DNA of 64,000 nt, taken from positions 3,112,040 through 3,176,039 of the forward strand of contig SMSO01000035.1 in NCBI GenBank assembly GCA_004764695.1. The letters run 5' to 3'. Source of the stretch: Schizochytrium sp. TIO01 (lineage: Eukaryota; Protista; Bigyra: Labyrinthulomycetes). Below, one piece after another: positions 1-13,007 of this stretch. A model generated the notes under the pieces. That model searched no databases and was not told where the DNA came from. It saw only the letters and a list, made by a program, of their open reading frames with translations. Numbering within the stretch: position 1 is the stretch's first letter; each line of letters begins with the position of its first letter. Made by a program: the position numbers and the translations under genes.

Positions 1-472
1 TAGCCGGGAGTTTGGAATTATCTCGTTCCTTTCGTATAAAAACTTACCGCCTTCTGTGATTCGTCAACATCATATGAATGTGTTCATTTCCCCCTAGTAC
101 TGACGTCACAAACCAGACATCAAATGTTCTATTGGTGCTATTTGCACGGCCTTCTATGAGACCTTCGCTTTCTGCACAGCTAACTATCCTTAAATTCGAC
201 AACCTGAACACTCATGAATTTTATTATACACTACCTGTTCAATGTAATAGTTAGGAAGTACATAAGCTAAATTATAGGATCGTAAATGTTGGCGAAAACA
301 GAAGGAAAAAGATTTTTCAATAAAAAATGAACAAAGAAAAACGTATCCACACAAACATGCCAAACGAAGTAAAGTAAATCAAAACTGGCAAACGTGCCAG
401 GCCAACGCTATATCACAGTTCGGCCTGCGTGAGGACTGTGCATCTTGGTGAGCTCTTCGCGAGTCTGCCTTG

Positions 473-2869
473 ATGAGTGTTGTTACATCGTCTCCTGGAG
501 GGGATGCCCTGGCGATGGCTTCGCGCTTCGCAACGGTTGGCATGGTGGCCGCGGTTTACCTGAAAACTGCCTTTGCATCCATCCCAGGAGGCGATAGTGG
601 AGAGCTTGTCGCGGAATCATGTACACTGGGGCACGCGCATCCTCCGGGATACCCTCTTTTCACAATGCTATACCATGTTGCGATAAAAATTTTGCCGTGG
701 GATGCGTCTATATCACCTGCCTGGAGAGCGAACGCAACAACGTCAATTCTCGGCGCTTTGACAGCAGGATTGGTACAGAGTTCTATTCTGGAGCTCTTTA
801 AGATCTATGGTCTTGGCGAAAGCCCTTCCTTGGAGCAGAATCTTCTTGCATCGGGAGTCGCGGCTGCATTTGCACTCTCACCGCTCACGTGGATGTACTC
901 AACAGGCGCAGAGGTCTTTGCGCTCAACAATTTTCTTGTGGCGGCTCTTGTGGTAGTTTCACTGCAGTACTTTGCAGCCAGATCGGAATCTCTACGACGG
1001 AGATGGATCCATAATGGCGCCTATATGGCCGGCTTGGCGCTTTGTAACCAGCATACCGCTGTACTCTTTGGTGTACCCCTCGTCGCCTGTGTCATCCTTC
1101 ACGAGTTTCGCGAGAAAAGGATTTCTGTATTAACTTTCGTACGCTGGGCATTTCTCTTCGTTCTGAGTTTGCTTCCATACTTGTATCTTCCGTGGACTTT
1201 GCTGACGAACCGCCAACCCGGATCCTGGGGCGACACTACTACTCTAACAGGCTTCATTCATCACCTTCGTCGTGGAGACTATGGTACTTTTCGACTTTTC
1301 AGCAGGAACAAATCAGGCGATATGGGTATGTGGGGTCGTATTGGATTGTACGTCAGCGATTTATGCGCGAATCAAGGCGCGATCGTCCTGCCATTTTTTG
1401 CTCTGCTCGGTGCTGTCATGCTCATGAAACGCTGGTATCAGGTTGCTTTTGTTGGTCCATCCAAGGCTAAATCAACAAGACCCCCTCGTGGATTGTTTAA
1501 GAGGCGACGGGATGGAAAGGACGAGGTAGAAGAACTTGAGGTACGCCCCACTGCTGCAAAAGATTCTGAGCTTCGTCGTGCCCTTGCTGGACCTGCTCTT
1601 GTCGGTGCATTCTTATTCTATATCTTAGTCTTTCACTTTCTTAGTAATATGCCTATGGATCAGGATCTTTTGCGAGGTATACAGGCGCGCTTTTGGATGC
1701 AACCGAATATTGTTGTTTTCATTGTGAGTGCGTTATTCCCAGCATACCATCTTAACAATTTACGATCGCAGGGACATCGATTTCTCGCTATTTTGCTCGG
1801 CGCCACTCTCGCTTGCATTCTGCCCGCGTACCAATATCACATGTACGAAAACGTTTCAGATCAGTCCAACAACTACTACATGGAGAACTATGCAAAGGCT
1901 ATTGTAGCAGGGCTCCCGGCAAATTCAGTGCTAATGGTAGGCTATGACCAACAATGGACGTCTTTGAGATACCTTCAGCAGTGTGAAGGCTTCCGCCCTG
2001 ATCTTGCGATTGTCAATGGCCCCATGTTGACCTATGAATGGCAGGGATCATACTATGAGGCTTACCAGAGTTGGTCAAAGTGTGCTCGTTTCCCACCTGG
2101 TTATTGGGTCCATAGCCATTCTCAACCTTACATAGATAAGGAAGGCTTTTCAACGACTGAAATGTTTGCGATGAACCTGGAATCATGTCCTGGAGGTTTT
2201 TACTTCACCGGGAAATTAAATCACGCTACAGACACTGCCTACAATGACACCTATATTCTTCAAAGTATGGGTTTCGTGACCCAAGTTTTACCTCGTCAGC
2301 AGGAGCCCAGCTTCGAAGGTTGGCTTGCACGATCAGTTGAGGTATGGCATCGTGCTTTTGAGGTTCTTCATGGTGACTTGCCACCCTTGAAAAAATATTC
2401 ACCTGAGACATGGGAGTGGACGGTGCGTCGCGACCTGTTTGACAAGACCTGTGCGGACGCTCAGCTCATCTTGGAAAAGGGAATACAGCAGAACAATGTA
2501 GATATGATGATTTACGCTGCCACCACATTCAGAAATGCTTATGAGAGTGATCATAGTGGTTTCTCACCTGACAATATTAAAAATCTAGGTTTGGCGTACG
2601 TGAGTCTTGCCCGTGCACTGCCGCAACCAGATGCTGAAGGCAACATTGCATTTGCCCGCCATCCTGCACTGAAGATTATGCAAGATCAGCATGTGCATCT
2701 ACTTTTCAAAGATGTACCGGGCACTCATTGGCATACGATTTGCGCAAAAAACACAATTCGCTTTTGGGAAGAGTACATGTTGACGTCTCACGGAAGGATG
2801 GATTCTCAGAGGAATACTATTGCTGATACACTTGTCGCTTTACGCAAAATAGTTGAGCGTCACGGCTAA
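473..2869 (+). CDS. TMEM260: TMEM260/DUF2723-family multi-pass protein O-mannosyltransferase
   Basis: Motifs GGDSGELVAESCTLGHAHPPGYPLF, AEVFALNN, CNQHT, PGSWGD, HHLRRGDYGTF and RFWMQP, with many TM segments. First ATG is at 473; the ORF track starts at TTG 470. Confidence 0.88.
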   Translation: MSVVTSSPGGDALAMASRFATVGMVAAVYLKTAFASIPGGDSGELVAESCTLGHAHPPGYPLFTMLYHVAIKILPWDASISPAWRANATTSILGALTAGLVQSSILELFKIYGLGESPSLEQNLLASGVAAAFALSPLTWMYSTGAEVFALNNFLVAALVVVSLQYFAARSESLRRRWIHNGAYMAGLALCNQHTAVLFGVPLVACVILHEFREKRISVLTFVRWAFLFVLSLLPYLYLPWTLLTNRQPGSWGDTTTLTGFIHHLRRGDYGTFRLFSRNKSGDMGMWGRIGLYVSDLCANQGAIVLPFFALLGAVMLMKRWYQVAFVGPSKAKSTRPPRGLFKRRRDGKDEVEELEVRPTAAKDSELRRALAGPALVGAFLFYILVFHFLSNMPMDQDLLRGIQARFWMQPNIVVFIVSALFPAYHLNNLRSQGHRFLAILLGATLACILPAYQYHMYENVSDQSNNYYMENYAKAIVAGLPANSVLMVGYDQQWTSLRYLQQCEGFRPDLAIVNGPMLTYEWQGSYYEAYQSWSKCARFPPGYWVHSHSQPYIDKEGFSTTEMFAMNLESCPGGFYFTGKLNHATDTAYNDTYILQSMGFVTQVLPRQQEPSFEGWLARSVEVWHRAFEVLHGDLPPLKKYSPETWEWTVRRDLFDKTCADAQLILEKGIQQNNVDMMIYAATTFRNAYESDHSGFSPDNIKNLGLAYVSLARALPQPDAEGNIAFARHPALKIMQDQHVHLLFKDVPGTHWHTICAKNTIRFWEEYMLTSHGRMDSQRNTIADTLVALRKIVERHG

Positions 2870-4296
2870 CCAAACCGATCATCTCTCACCCCTCCCTCTT
2901 TCGTATAACCTGTTACTTTGAGTAGATCGTATCAGGTTGAGACACCATTATAGTCAGTAACTTTAGTAATTCTCCCTTTAATGAAATTGATCGCCATGAT
3001 CGTCCTTTCTTTGATTATGATTTATCTTGCCGCACTCTCCAGCTGAGTGATTCCACGGATCGGTAATGCCACCCATCTCGCATCACTGCTTTGAGACAAC
3101 TTCAATATAAATTAAGTTTCATGAATACGAAACAAGCAAGCTGAAATCAGGAGTACGCCACGCTCTCATCTCTGGTTGCTCGTGTTGTTTCTCTTCAAGT
3201 TCAACCAGCGAACCAGATTTTTCGCTCGCTTAAGTCGGTTCAAGACACCCCGAGTCTGGTATTCAGATCAGTTCGATACTACATACCTCCCTAACAACTC
3301 TACCTACCTACCTACTTATTTTGTACAGAGTGAACTTTGATCACGGCTGGGAAGTTCAGGGATATTTGCCACGCGCACACACGATCCGGCAAGACTAGCG
3401 TTCTTCACAGCCAGACCCTATCTGCATGGCGCACACCCTGCTGCTGTTGCCTTCTCTAGCACCTCCATAAAGTCTAGCTAGTCAATCAATGATGCTTTTC
3501 GTGCCTTTCAAGGACAGTCTTTACTTACAGTTTACAAAACGAAATTAAAACAGGAATTAATTAACCAATTAATCAGGACTCGCTCAAGAACCTCTTCTCA
3601 AGCCTCGTAATTGTGTCCAAACGATCGCTGGCACGCACGCCTACGTTGGACGGAGCCTGTCAGACCTAACAGAACTACGATATCATGGCTCGACGGTGGC
3701 GAGCAGAGTCCTTGATTTGCTTTACGATTTGCACAAACAGCACATGCAAGCAAGAGTGTGTTTGCGCAACCCGCAACTTCCGCGCAACCCAGAATTGTGA
3801 CCCTGAGCTACATATTCAAGCCGTGCACGTGCTTGAGGCCAATGGCAGCACTGACCAGGTCGGTGACAAGCGGCACGGGCTGCTCGACTTCGAGTTCTGC
3901 TCTTTGGATGGGTCTTGCCTGGCTGCCTAGCGGAGAGATCCTTGAGCGAGATGATCCAGGTATAGATGGTGTCAGGAATTGCATTTTCACTCACCAAGCT
4001 TTGCTGTGCTACCTACAATGTTATTTGTAGCACATTCATTCATTCTATTTCGAGTTGGTCGAAGCGAGCGACTCTTGCGAAGGGTGTTCCTTCAAGCTGG
4101 TGAACATAAAGCTAGGGTGGATTGCTAAATCCAGCATCCCTCCACGAGAATTTGCGAGCAGAGCAAAATTGGATCTACACGTGCTGAGCATGGCGCCCGC
4201 ACGTCCTGATACTTGAGATACAATGCCTTCAACATCACAATTATTCGAGTTGTTTACCTGGTTAGGTGCAATCTTAGCAGCGGCTCTCACTTTTGG

Positions 4297-4317
4297 GATG
4301 ATGATGATGATGATGAT
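4297..4317. repeat. (GAT)7 microsatellite
   Basis: Read directly from the sequence. Confidence 0.9.
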
Positions 4318-5021
4318 GGACGATCTTGATCACACTCAATCATTGGGGAAGGAAAGTCCTATCCTCTACATTACGCATTGCAAGTTCTGACGAATCAGAA
4401 GGCCTTTATCCTTTGGATGTGGCAATGTTGAGGTCGGCAACTTGCTTGAAAAGCAGTATGATGCAGCGCATGTCCTGTTACTTACCTGGCTAGACTCTAG
4501 AGGAAGGACTTGAAAGTGAAAGGTTCCGAGTCTTGGGTTGCGGCGGGTTTTTGACTTTACGAAAGGCATAGGGAGATAATTAACCACATTGCCTAGAAGT
4601 GGGAAATACCGGACCACGATCAACACGTGCAAAGTCTGAGGATGGGGAGACTCGGAACATTACCTTCCATAGTTTGATGATCGTCAGCTGCTAGCGAAGA
4701 GGACGAACAGTGCCAAGCTTCTGACGAGCAGGGAGCCTCGCTGCTTAGGCTTTACTCTACTGCACCAGAGGTGCCAAGGCCAGTTGCGCATGAGTTGCGA
4801 CAAAATTGCCATTCTAGTTAAAGTAGATGCTACTAGGCATTGCAAAAACTTGAAGGTAAAAAGTATTAGGTAGAAGGGCACATTTGACAACCCTAGTAGT
4901 AGGAGTGTACTGTTCGGAGACGCCCGGATCGAACGCGCTTGCAGCAAATCATTAATTGATCATCGCTTGAGGATTGCCGTGTTTGAGCTGGGGCGCAGGG
5001 CCACAAACACGCAGGGAAAAC

Positions 5022-6245
5022 ATGTCGCTCTGTGGCAACACTGCAGCTTACTTGCCTCGATTTGCGGCCTCCTACTACGATGGTCCAAGCAAGGAGTGCA
5101 ATGGACATGGAGACTGCATTGACGGCTTGTGCGTATGCTACTCAGGGTGGACGGGGAAAAGCGATTTTATCAGCACAGATGGCATTACTTGTGATAGCAG
5201 CATGGTAACCTTGCATGTGTTTTGGGGGATCAATCTGGCCTACATGTTATATTGTCTCTTCATCACAAGATATGCAATAAAGGCCAAGTTTGAACAGCAT
5301 CGTGAAATGGTGCAACGTCGGGCCGCTGGTGGAGAAAAATATACGATATTGGATAACAAGGGATTCGCTGCAGTCTTGGCCTATCTTATCGTCTGTGTAC
5401 CGTCTACGATTTGCATGTGTGCTTTAATGATTGCTCGTGATGACGAACGTCTTGGATTTACCTGGGGAATGACCATTCTTTTTGCAATCTCACGTATTGG
5501 GTTCTATTTTATGATGTACTTTTTCGAGCCGCAGCTGCTGGCAACAATTCTTCGCGGTTCAAGTACACGCTCGATGATCGTTAGTTTCGCGACGCTTTGG
5601 GGAAAGGCAAACTTTATCTTGTCTGTCGTGGTCAGCCTTTTGCCTTTTATTACGCTCTTAGCCAGTAAGACCGGACGCGACGCCACGGCACAATGGATTT
5701 ACATTTCATATTTCCTTGGCTCCGGTATCTCCCTGATTATCTACGCGTCTCAAGCGGTTCTTATTCAGCGCCGTTTCAACAAACTTACACAGTCTATGGC
5801 TAGTACTGCTGCGAGCGCCCCTCGCAACGATACTATGCGCGAGATTAAGCGCAAGTTAATGACATTTCAGATCGATACACTTACTCGCTCCGTCGTAGAA
5901 GGCTGCGTATATATGATCTTTCTCTTTCTTCCGTTCATGTACAACAAACATGACTACTTTCTGCCTATCATGTGGCTGGCGATGCATTCTATTTACAAGC
6001 AATTAGCTACTACAACAGTGACAACTAGTCGCGTTGGCGATGGGTCAACTGAAGACGGCATGGATGGTACCTTCGAGCACTCCAAATCTACAGAGCATGG
6101 TACTGGAGTATGGGCTACAGCGACATCAGGCCCGCCTTCGTCTATGATATCGTACAACCCTACGGTTCGCAAATTTAAAGAAAGGGCAACTATTTATCAA
6201 GAGGCACACGACTCAGACGAAAGTGACAGTGACGAGTATGTTTAA
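5022..6245 (+). CDS. Orphan 7TM GPCR-like receptor with N-terminal EGF-like 6-Cys domain, paralog 1
   Basis: ATG 5022 gives MSLCGNT, aligning with the starts of the other paralogs. Cys knot CxxxGxCxxGxCxCxxGWTG...C, seven hydrophobic segments, Ser/Thr-rich tail ending SDEYV. Confidence 0.8.
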   Translation: MSLCGNTAAYLPRFAASYYDGPSKECNGHGDCIDGLCVCYSGWTGKSDFISTDGITCDSSMVTLHVFWGINLAYMLYCLFITRYAIKAKFEQHREMVQRRAAGGEKYTILDNKGFAAVLAYLIVCVPSTICMCALMIARDDERLGFTWGMTILFAISRIGFYFMMYFFEPQLLATILRGSSTRSMIVSFATLWGKANFILSVVVSLLPFITLLASKTGRDATAQWIYISYFLGSGISLIIYASQAVLIQRRFNKLTQSMASTAASAPRNDTMREIKRKLMTFQIDTLTRSVVEGCVYMIFLFLPFMYNKHDYFLPIMWLAMHSIYKQLATTTVTTSRVGDGSTEDGMDGTFEHSKSTEHGTGVWATATSGPPSSMISYNPTVRKFKERATIYQEAHDSDESDSDEYV

Positions 6246-9200
6246 GCATATCTCGGGCCTCCTTGTCCTAACCTCTTTGTTTCTAAAAGTACATTTTGTT
6301 TAACGTGGGAGATCGCCGTATCGGTTTGCTGTTTCTCCCAAGAGTACTTTTTCTTTTTCTCTTCCTGTCCGGTAATGCGAGCGTCTGTGAAAACATTAGC
6401 TGGGTGATGCCGTTTGACTTTTACTGGTATACTTACGTTCTACTACCCATGACGCTCGTATATTTGTTTGCTTTTGATGATCTTTGACATCATCATTTTC
6501 TTTGTAATAGATAATCCCTCATATTATTTTTTTGTGTGCATGCTGAAAAGCCCTGTCTAGCCTTAAAACCAAAACGAGATAAGAAGTTTATTGGCAGTAG
6601 TACAGACTACAAAGTTCAGCTCATCAAGTTCTGGTTAAATAGAACATACTAATTCACATAGGCAGACTCGAATTTATAAACCTTCAGTTTCCACAAGGCC
6701 GTCGAGATGGACCGGATTCGGTTTGCTTATCAGCTTCAAACAACAAAAAAAGTCAAGTCCAAACGATCACCATGCTCGAGTTTACGCATCAAACTTTACT
6801 ATATGAGAATTTTCGATCTCTTCTTTGTATGGACGGAGTGGTAACAGCAAATGCCCTGGTTTCTACATGCCCTTTAAAGTTATTGGGAATCCAGCTTCAG
6901 GCATATATTGATAATCATATGTGTATTTACTTGAATTTTCACCCAGCTGAAAGGATTGCTACGAGTACCTTTGGATATTTAAAGTGGATTCCAGGGGAAT
7001 CCTGGCTTGCTCATTCGTACATTACCTAAGGCACCTACCTACCCCTAATTGTTGCAAAAATTATTTTGCTAATATTAACTACCTACTCATATCTAGTGAG
7101 CATCCTGCAACGACGTGCTGCTTTCTTAAGTTAGAGCTGAGAGGTGATGCTTTTCGTCCGGAGGAACGTCCCCGTAGCGCAGTTTGCGGCTTATTGTAAA
7201 ATGTGATAAGGAGGTACACAATAATTAATGGATCAACTCATGCCTCGCAGATCCTTTAACCTTGTATGAATCACTCCACGCACGCACTTTGCTAGCCCGG
7301 CACGTTTTCCCTCACTTTCCAGGTTCGGTAAGGCCGTTCGATGCCCATCACAGTATTTGCTGTCTTCAAAAAAGACATCAATTAGCATCATGAGAAGACA
7401 AATATATGCCCGCCTGCTGCTCAATGTGCACGTGCGAGACTGCGTGTTACCAAAACATCGCATAATGATGATCTGTGGTCTGTTGGTCGACGACATTCGC
7501 GGGACCCTCCTCAAGGCGTGCACCTGCCTAGGAGAAGCCGCATCAGTAGTAGTTCTAGTAACGGGCACGTCCAAGGGCCAAGTGTCCGCACATGAGAACG
7601 TCACCTCTATGAATTGGGTCAAATACCTGCGATTCTGATAACAGACGCTGCTCAATTTGAAGGCATCGCGGTCGTCACTTATAATAAAATGACACGCTTC
7701 ATTTTATAAGGTAGACGAGTGCAGCAAGCTTATGAAGCAGATTGTTAAAGCTGAAGCAGGATGTGCTACCACAAGGCGGCTTCGAGTTCAGAGCCTTTTT
7801 TGAGCCTCTGTTATTTGGTCGGCCAACTTGCAGAATTTACCCAAGCCTAGTGGATACCTGGTACGCAGCACTCATTACCCAGTGCCTACTAGTACTTGTA
7901 GCGTGGCAGAACTTCTTTGAGGAGTTTGCATCGCAGGAATTCATGAAAGTGTAATAACAAACAAATCAATAATGGCTTGTCTAAACAGTAAAATGAATAG
8001 AGATTTGCGCGTTAAGAGTTCCTGTGACACGAATAGTCCCAAAATTGCAACCTCAAAACTTCTACTGCCAAACCTACAATCGTCGTTATATTGTGTGCAA
8101 AATAGTGTCAAATGATTAGTGTCTTTTGCTTTTACCCTCATAATTCGTAGGAGCTTGCTGAGCTGTCCCGTGCCATGGAATCTAATGCGAGTTGGTGGCG
8201 GAGCCAGACGCAGAAGGATCCGTGTTTTAGCTCACGCTTACGTCAAGTTACGTGCTCAGCATTTGGAATGTCAAGTTGGAAAGTTCAAGCATTCCATCAT
8301 CATGTTCATGTTATTATGCCTGGGCATCTTAATTGTAAAATACACTACTACCACCCATGGTTTTAGTAGGTGCAGATAGCTACATAGACGTCATCAACTT
8401 TTAACACAATTAAAGAAGGAAGCAATCGAAAGGTGCGCAAGCCCAGCTTTGCGTCACTCGCTCTTGCTGCCTTCGAGTGTGTCCACGGGGTTGCACCTTG
8501 GCGTTCCTAGTCAGCTGGTCACCACTCCCACTTCTTTTGGACGCATGAGGCCAACCAAATACATCAGTGCTCTCGATGAGCTTGAGGCATCAGTCTAAGA
8601 ACCTTGCAGCACATCCCGCTGACAACATATGTGGGAAAGTTGTCAACTTCATGATATATATGACGATGATCAGCATGCAACCCAGGATGATGTCCAATCA
8701 TCCATCCTATAGTTCATTCATTCATTCATTCATGCAATCGTGGGATGCGAGATTTTGAGGTCTTCAGGCTACAGGGCGTCTGATCTGCAGCTCTACGGGT
8801 GACGCTCATGAATCATTCGACCTCGGTGGCGTCCTCTGAATGGGCAATTTTTTAGAGCAAGCTTTCTTGGCCATTCTTCGAGTGGTGCAAGTTTCTGAAG
8901 TTTCTGGGCCTTTCGTGCGACTTTGGGAATGAGCAAACACTTGTTATGTACCCCATCTAGGACACGTGCTTCTTAGGAGTGTATGGGAAAGGGGGTGTTG
9001 ACTGGGAGTCCTCCATCTTCACTTGCGACCGCCCTAAATAAAATGTTTTTAGATTGAAACTATCTCTTTGGTGAAAGTCTTTAGCTGCTAGAACGTGATT
9101 TCAAGCTACTATCTTAAAGTACCTAGGTGGCGGTCTTTACATTGAATTATCCACAATCGCACCAACAGTTTATTAGCCTAACCTCTCCTCACGGTAAACC

Positions 9201-10018
9201 GCAATGAACAGAACCAACAACTAACTTGTGCAAGATTCACTCGATACGCCAACTTGAAGTCGAAATGGTGAGTTCGAAAAACTTGTAAAATCAGTTGTGC
9301 TATTTCGAAGCAGAGCTGAGCACAACACTCTCGGACTTGTGCTTAAAGAGTTGAATACACCGCCTGCAAGTGATTCTGGTTGCCCTCCTAACAGCCACGC
9401 CTGTGGTTTTACTCGCTTCCCCTCAGTTTTATTCTTCTCTAGGATGAAACGCCAAATAAATACTATTCGCAGATAATGTTTCAATTTGACAACGATGACG
9501 AGCAAAGCTCAATAAAAAGAGGTTTCTAAGCCCAGGGATGTTCTAAGTCTCTACTGCATTGCTCGAGATGTCAAAGCGCATGCCTTAACCTTTGAAGAGT
9601 TAAGCTGATTTGAAGCCCCTTTTGCTTTTTCATGACACTCTTCTTTGGTAGAGTGTGTAAAGGACAGGGCCATTGTTTGGCAAATTTCCCTTGCAAGTAT
9701 CTTCAGCCCAGCAACAAATGCACATCTTCAGAGCGGTCTACTATACGGCGGCGTTAGGTACTCCATATGACTTTAGACTTCGGCGAGCCTCCAAACAAAG
9801 AATGGAGTAGGACCCCAAGCTCACAATCCCGAAATCCTGGAGACTCGGACGTCTAAAATTACGACTGGATTCATTTTTATTTGTAAATAAAACTTTCTAT
9901 TTTGCAACATGAAAAACAAAGTTCTCTTCTTTTTCTTTTCCTTTCTCCTTTTCCATATAATCGAGCTAATAGGAGATCCGAGCTTAGATTTTTTTAATTT
10001 ATTATTTTTTTAGAATTG

Positions 10019-10037
10019 AAAAAAAAAAAAAAAAAAA
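10019..10037 (+). repeat. Poly(A)19 tract in an AT-rich intergenic patch
   Basis: Read directly from the sequence. Confidence 0.85.
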
Positions 10038-13007
10038 GGAGAAACATCTCGGAAATGGAGAACACAATTAAACTTAAAAGGCACCCAGCAATCGCTCGCT
10101 CGCTCTTTGGGCGCGTGGTCTGCGTTTCTGTATCGGACTGCCAAATACCTGGTGATTGTGTGGCTAACTAGCTATCCAACTGGATTTGGCCAAGCTGTGC
10201 ATCAAATGATCCATATTCCGGGTTGAATGGAGATCTTGCTGGTGACGATCATGAAGAAGATGGAAAAAGTCTCTTCCTCAGCCCTTTAGTACTACCTTAG
10301 AAGCATCTGCATATTATTGTTTCATTGAAAAAGTTAATCTGAGAGTGCCTGAGAGCAGGTCAACAAGTCCTCTTGATCATCCATAATTGACCAATCATAT
10401 TTCACTCTTGTCCTTTCTGAGCAAGCAAGCAAGCAAGCTAATCCTATTCATGATTGAGCGAAGTATATAAACGTGGGAATCAAGACTCAAGAATCATGGC
10501 TATCAGTCAACCTTTTAGTCCTTTCGTTTCATGTTTAAACTAACACCGATTTCTCTTTTTCTTTTTTAAATATAGTAGTACTATGCATCCTTCTTCTTTC
10601 AAAGTTTTAGGGTAGTACTACCAGTAATTATAATGTCTCGAAATTGACTCATGAAAGTATAAAACCATTAGGTCCAGCATGACAAAAGCGATAGAGTAAT
10701 TCGCAAAAGGTCCAGCTTGAGCACCAAGTAGAAACACTGCACATGAACAGACAGAGAAGATAGCAGGATTTCATGGTTCGAGCGATGATTATTACAAATC
10801 GGAGATTGTGTGCAATCGTGAGAGCTTTGCAAGCGAGCTTTTAAACAAAAAATGAGTGTCAATAAATCAATTTTTCTCCGAGTCATGCTTGTTTTCCATA
10901 AAGACTGATAACCCATCCATAGGGTAAACTTAGACGATGAATGTTTCATTGTTATTAAAGAGAAACGAAAACAAAAGTCAAGTTGAACGAAATCTCCAAA
11001 TAAACTTGAAGCACGTGTACACCTCCACTCTATTCCAAAGTAGTAGTCAAAAGCTAAGATTACCGGTACTCGCACACTCAACAAATGAGGATTTTGTTGA
11101 TTTATTGTAGGCCTCTAGGCTAGATGAGTGAATATAATATCAACACTGGCGGCTTCCGTAAAGTGCACTACTGCAGAAGAATTATTATTGAGCAGACTCT
11201 TAAGATGGTTTCATGAATAAGCAATACCTGCCTTTCAACGGGTGTTCGAGTTAAAGCTGTCCAAGGCCTCGAAACCACCTCGGCACATGTCAGTCAAAGA
11301 AGGTTACAGACTTAACAATTTAATCAACCCTCGGCTCCATTGCAATTTACTGCACGTCCTGACAACTGGACGCCGAGAATAGCAGCCAATAGTATAATCG
11401 TAGTAGCAGCGAGTGCTTGCTGCCAGTTATCTTTTATAAATATTCTGCCTCCCCGCGAAGCAAGCAGCGAGGGAAGACTGAGAAGAGCTAAGAATTTGAA
11501 TACCAGCTAGCGAAGCAAGCAAACAAGCAAGCACACACACAAGTTAGTTGCTCATCGCTGGCATCATCGAGCTTGATTAAGGGTAACTTGAAGAGGAAGA
11601 ATAGAACCTGGTGAATGTGAATGGCAAAATCAACAAAAGAAACAAAACTATAAAAAACTCACTCGCTCACGCCACACACGGCACAGACTGCGTCTGGTTT
11701 CTAAGCACTTAAGTTCATCATATGTTCAATAATAATTGAAATCATAATACCTACATTAAAGGATCAAGAGTATCTTGGTCTTGTTATCGTCCGAGCGACT
11801 CATAGTTACTTTTAATATATATATTTTTTAAGTTTTTATTTTTTTAAAATTAAAATAAGGAAAAGTAAGAAGTAAAATGATAATATCACTGATAGTACAA
11901 TGAGTAAGACTTTTTAGTTGTAGTTTTTGTTTTAAATGTTTTATTTTCATTTTTTTAATAATCATGATGTAAGAGGTTTTAGGAATTTTTTCGTTTTGTT
12001 TCATTACTATTTCGAGACATGTTAATTATTATATTCATATCTATAAATGATAAAGCGTGTGTATATATAAAAGACCAAAAAAAGTATTAAGCTTTGCGGA
12101 AGGAGCAAACAAAATGGAAAAGGCACGAGCTGCAGCAACAAACTCGCCAGCTGAGCAACCTCAAGCGAGCGAGCTAAACTTCGAAAACAGTGAAGGCAGA
12201 CCCCAAGCTGCTGATTCCTTTGAAGCACACAATATCGGCTATCCTTGTGACTCTACTGTCAGGTTCGTGTGCTGGGTTTATCATTTTAGAACGAGTGCCA
12301 CTAAAAAGACAGATACATTCGCTCTTCGTGTGAGCCCTTGTCCCGGGTTCTCAACCTTAGTAAACATCGACCCACCAACCTTTCAGAAACAGATCCCTTG
12401 TAGACTTGCGAATCGTGAGCACGATCGGCAAAGTACTTGAAGGAACATCACGCTTAAGCCCTCTCTCTGCACGACGAGTGACACATAGTACAAGTTTGCT
12501 CGTAGCAGTACTATCTGCGCAGCAGAGAAAACGTGCCGAGATATAAAAGAATATAACACTCTTCCTGCAAAACTCCATACTCCAAATTCACTCTTCCTCA
12601 TTCGACCTCCTCCCTTCAACGTCAGAACCTTAAGGCACAGCAAAAGCAAGCAACAGATCTGCATCGGAGGGGTGTAGTGGTTCCGATTTGGGATCGCGTG
12701 GGTAAAGAAATAGCTAGCTGGCTCAGGGAGGTCCCTCGCTCCACGCGCTGTTCTAGAGCTTTCGCAAGTTTGCAACAGTGCTCTCGATAGTCCAGGCAAA
12801 ACCCAAAGGAGGGAGTGTTTCACCAATAGCTTACGGGAGACTGCAAGGTTGATCGGTGTGGCTGCCACGGGGAGAAAAGGAAACCACCCTGCTGTTGTTG
12901 TAGACTACGTTGGCATAAGGGTCATAGTGCAGTAGCAATAGAAGGACAGCGTCAAACAGCTTTCACCTAGCAGTAGTTCACGAAGGGAGAAAGCTCGTAC
13001 TGACACC

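Noticed and set aside
3685-4947. Short ORFs upstream of receptor 1, and similar ones at 6.3-12.9 kb and 14.6-18.8 kb
   Set aside because: Mostly non-ATG starts, mutually overlapping, with no motifs or paralogy; no transposase or RT remnants recognised.
5022-6245. Rhodopsin or CREST hydrolase identity for the 7TM family
   Set aside because: No conserved mid-TM7 retinal-binding Lys motif and no SxxxH/HxxxH CREST motifs across paralogs.
7463-7640. Possible C/D snoRNA (ATGATGA ... CTGA)
   Set aside because: Long spacing, no terminal stem or recognisable guide sequence; likely chance.
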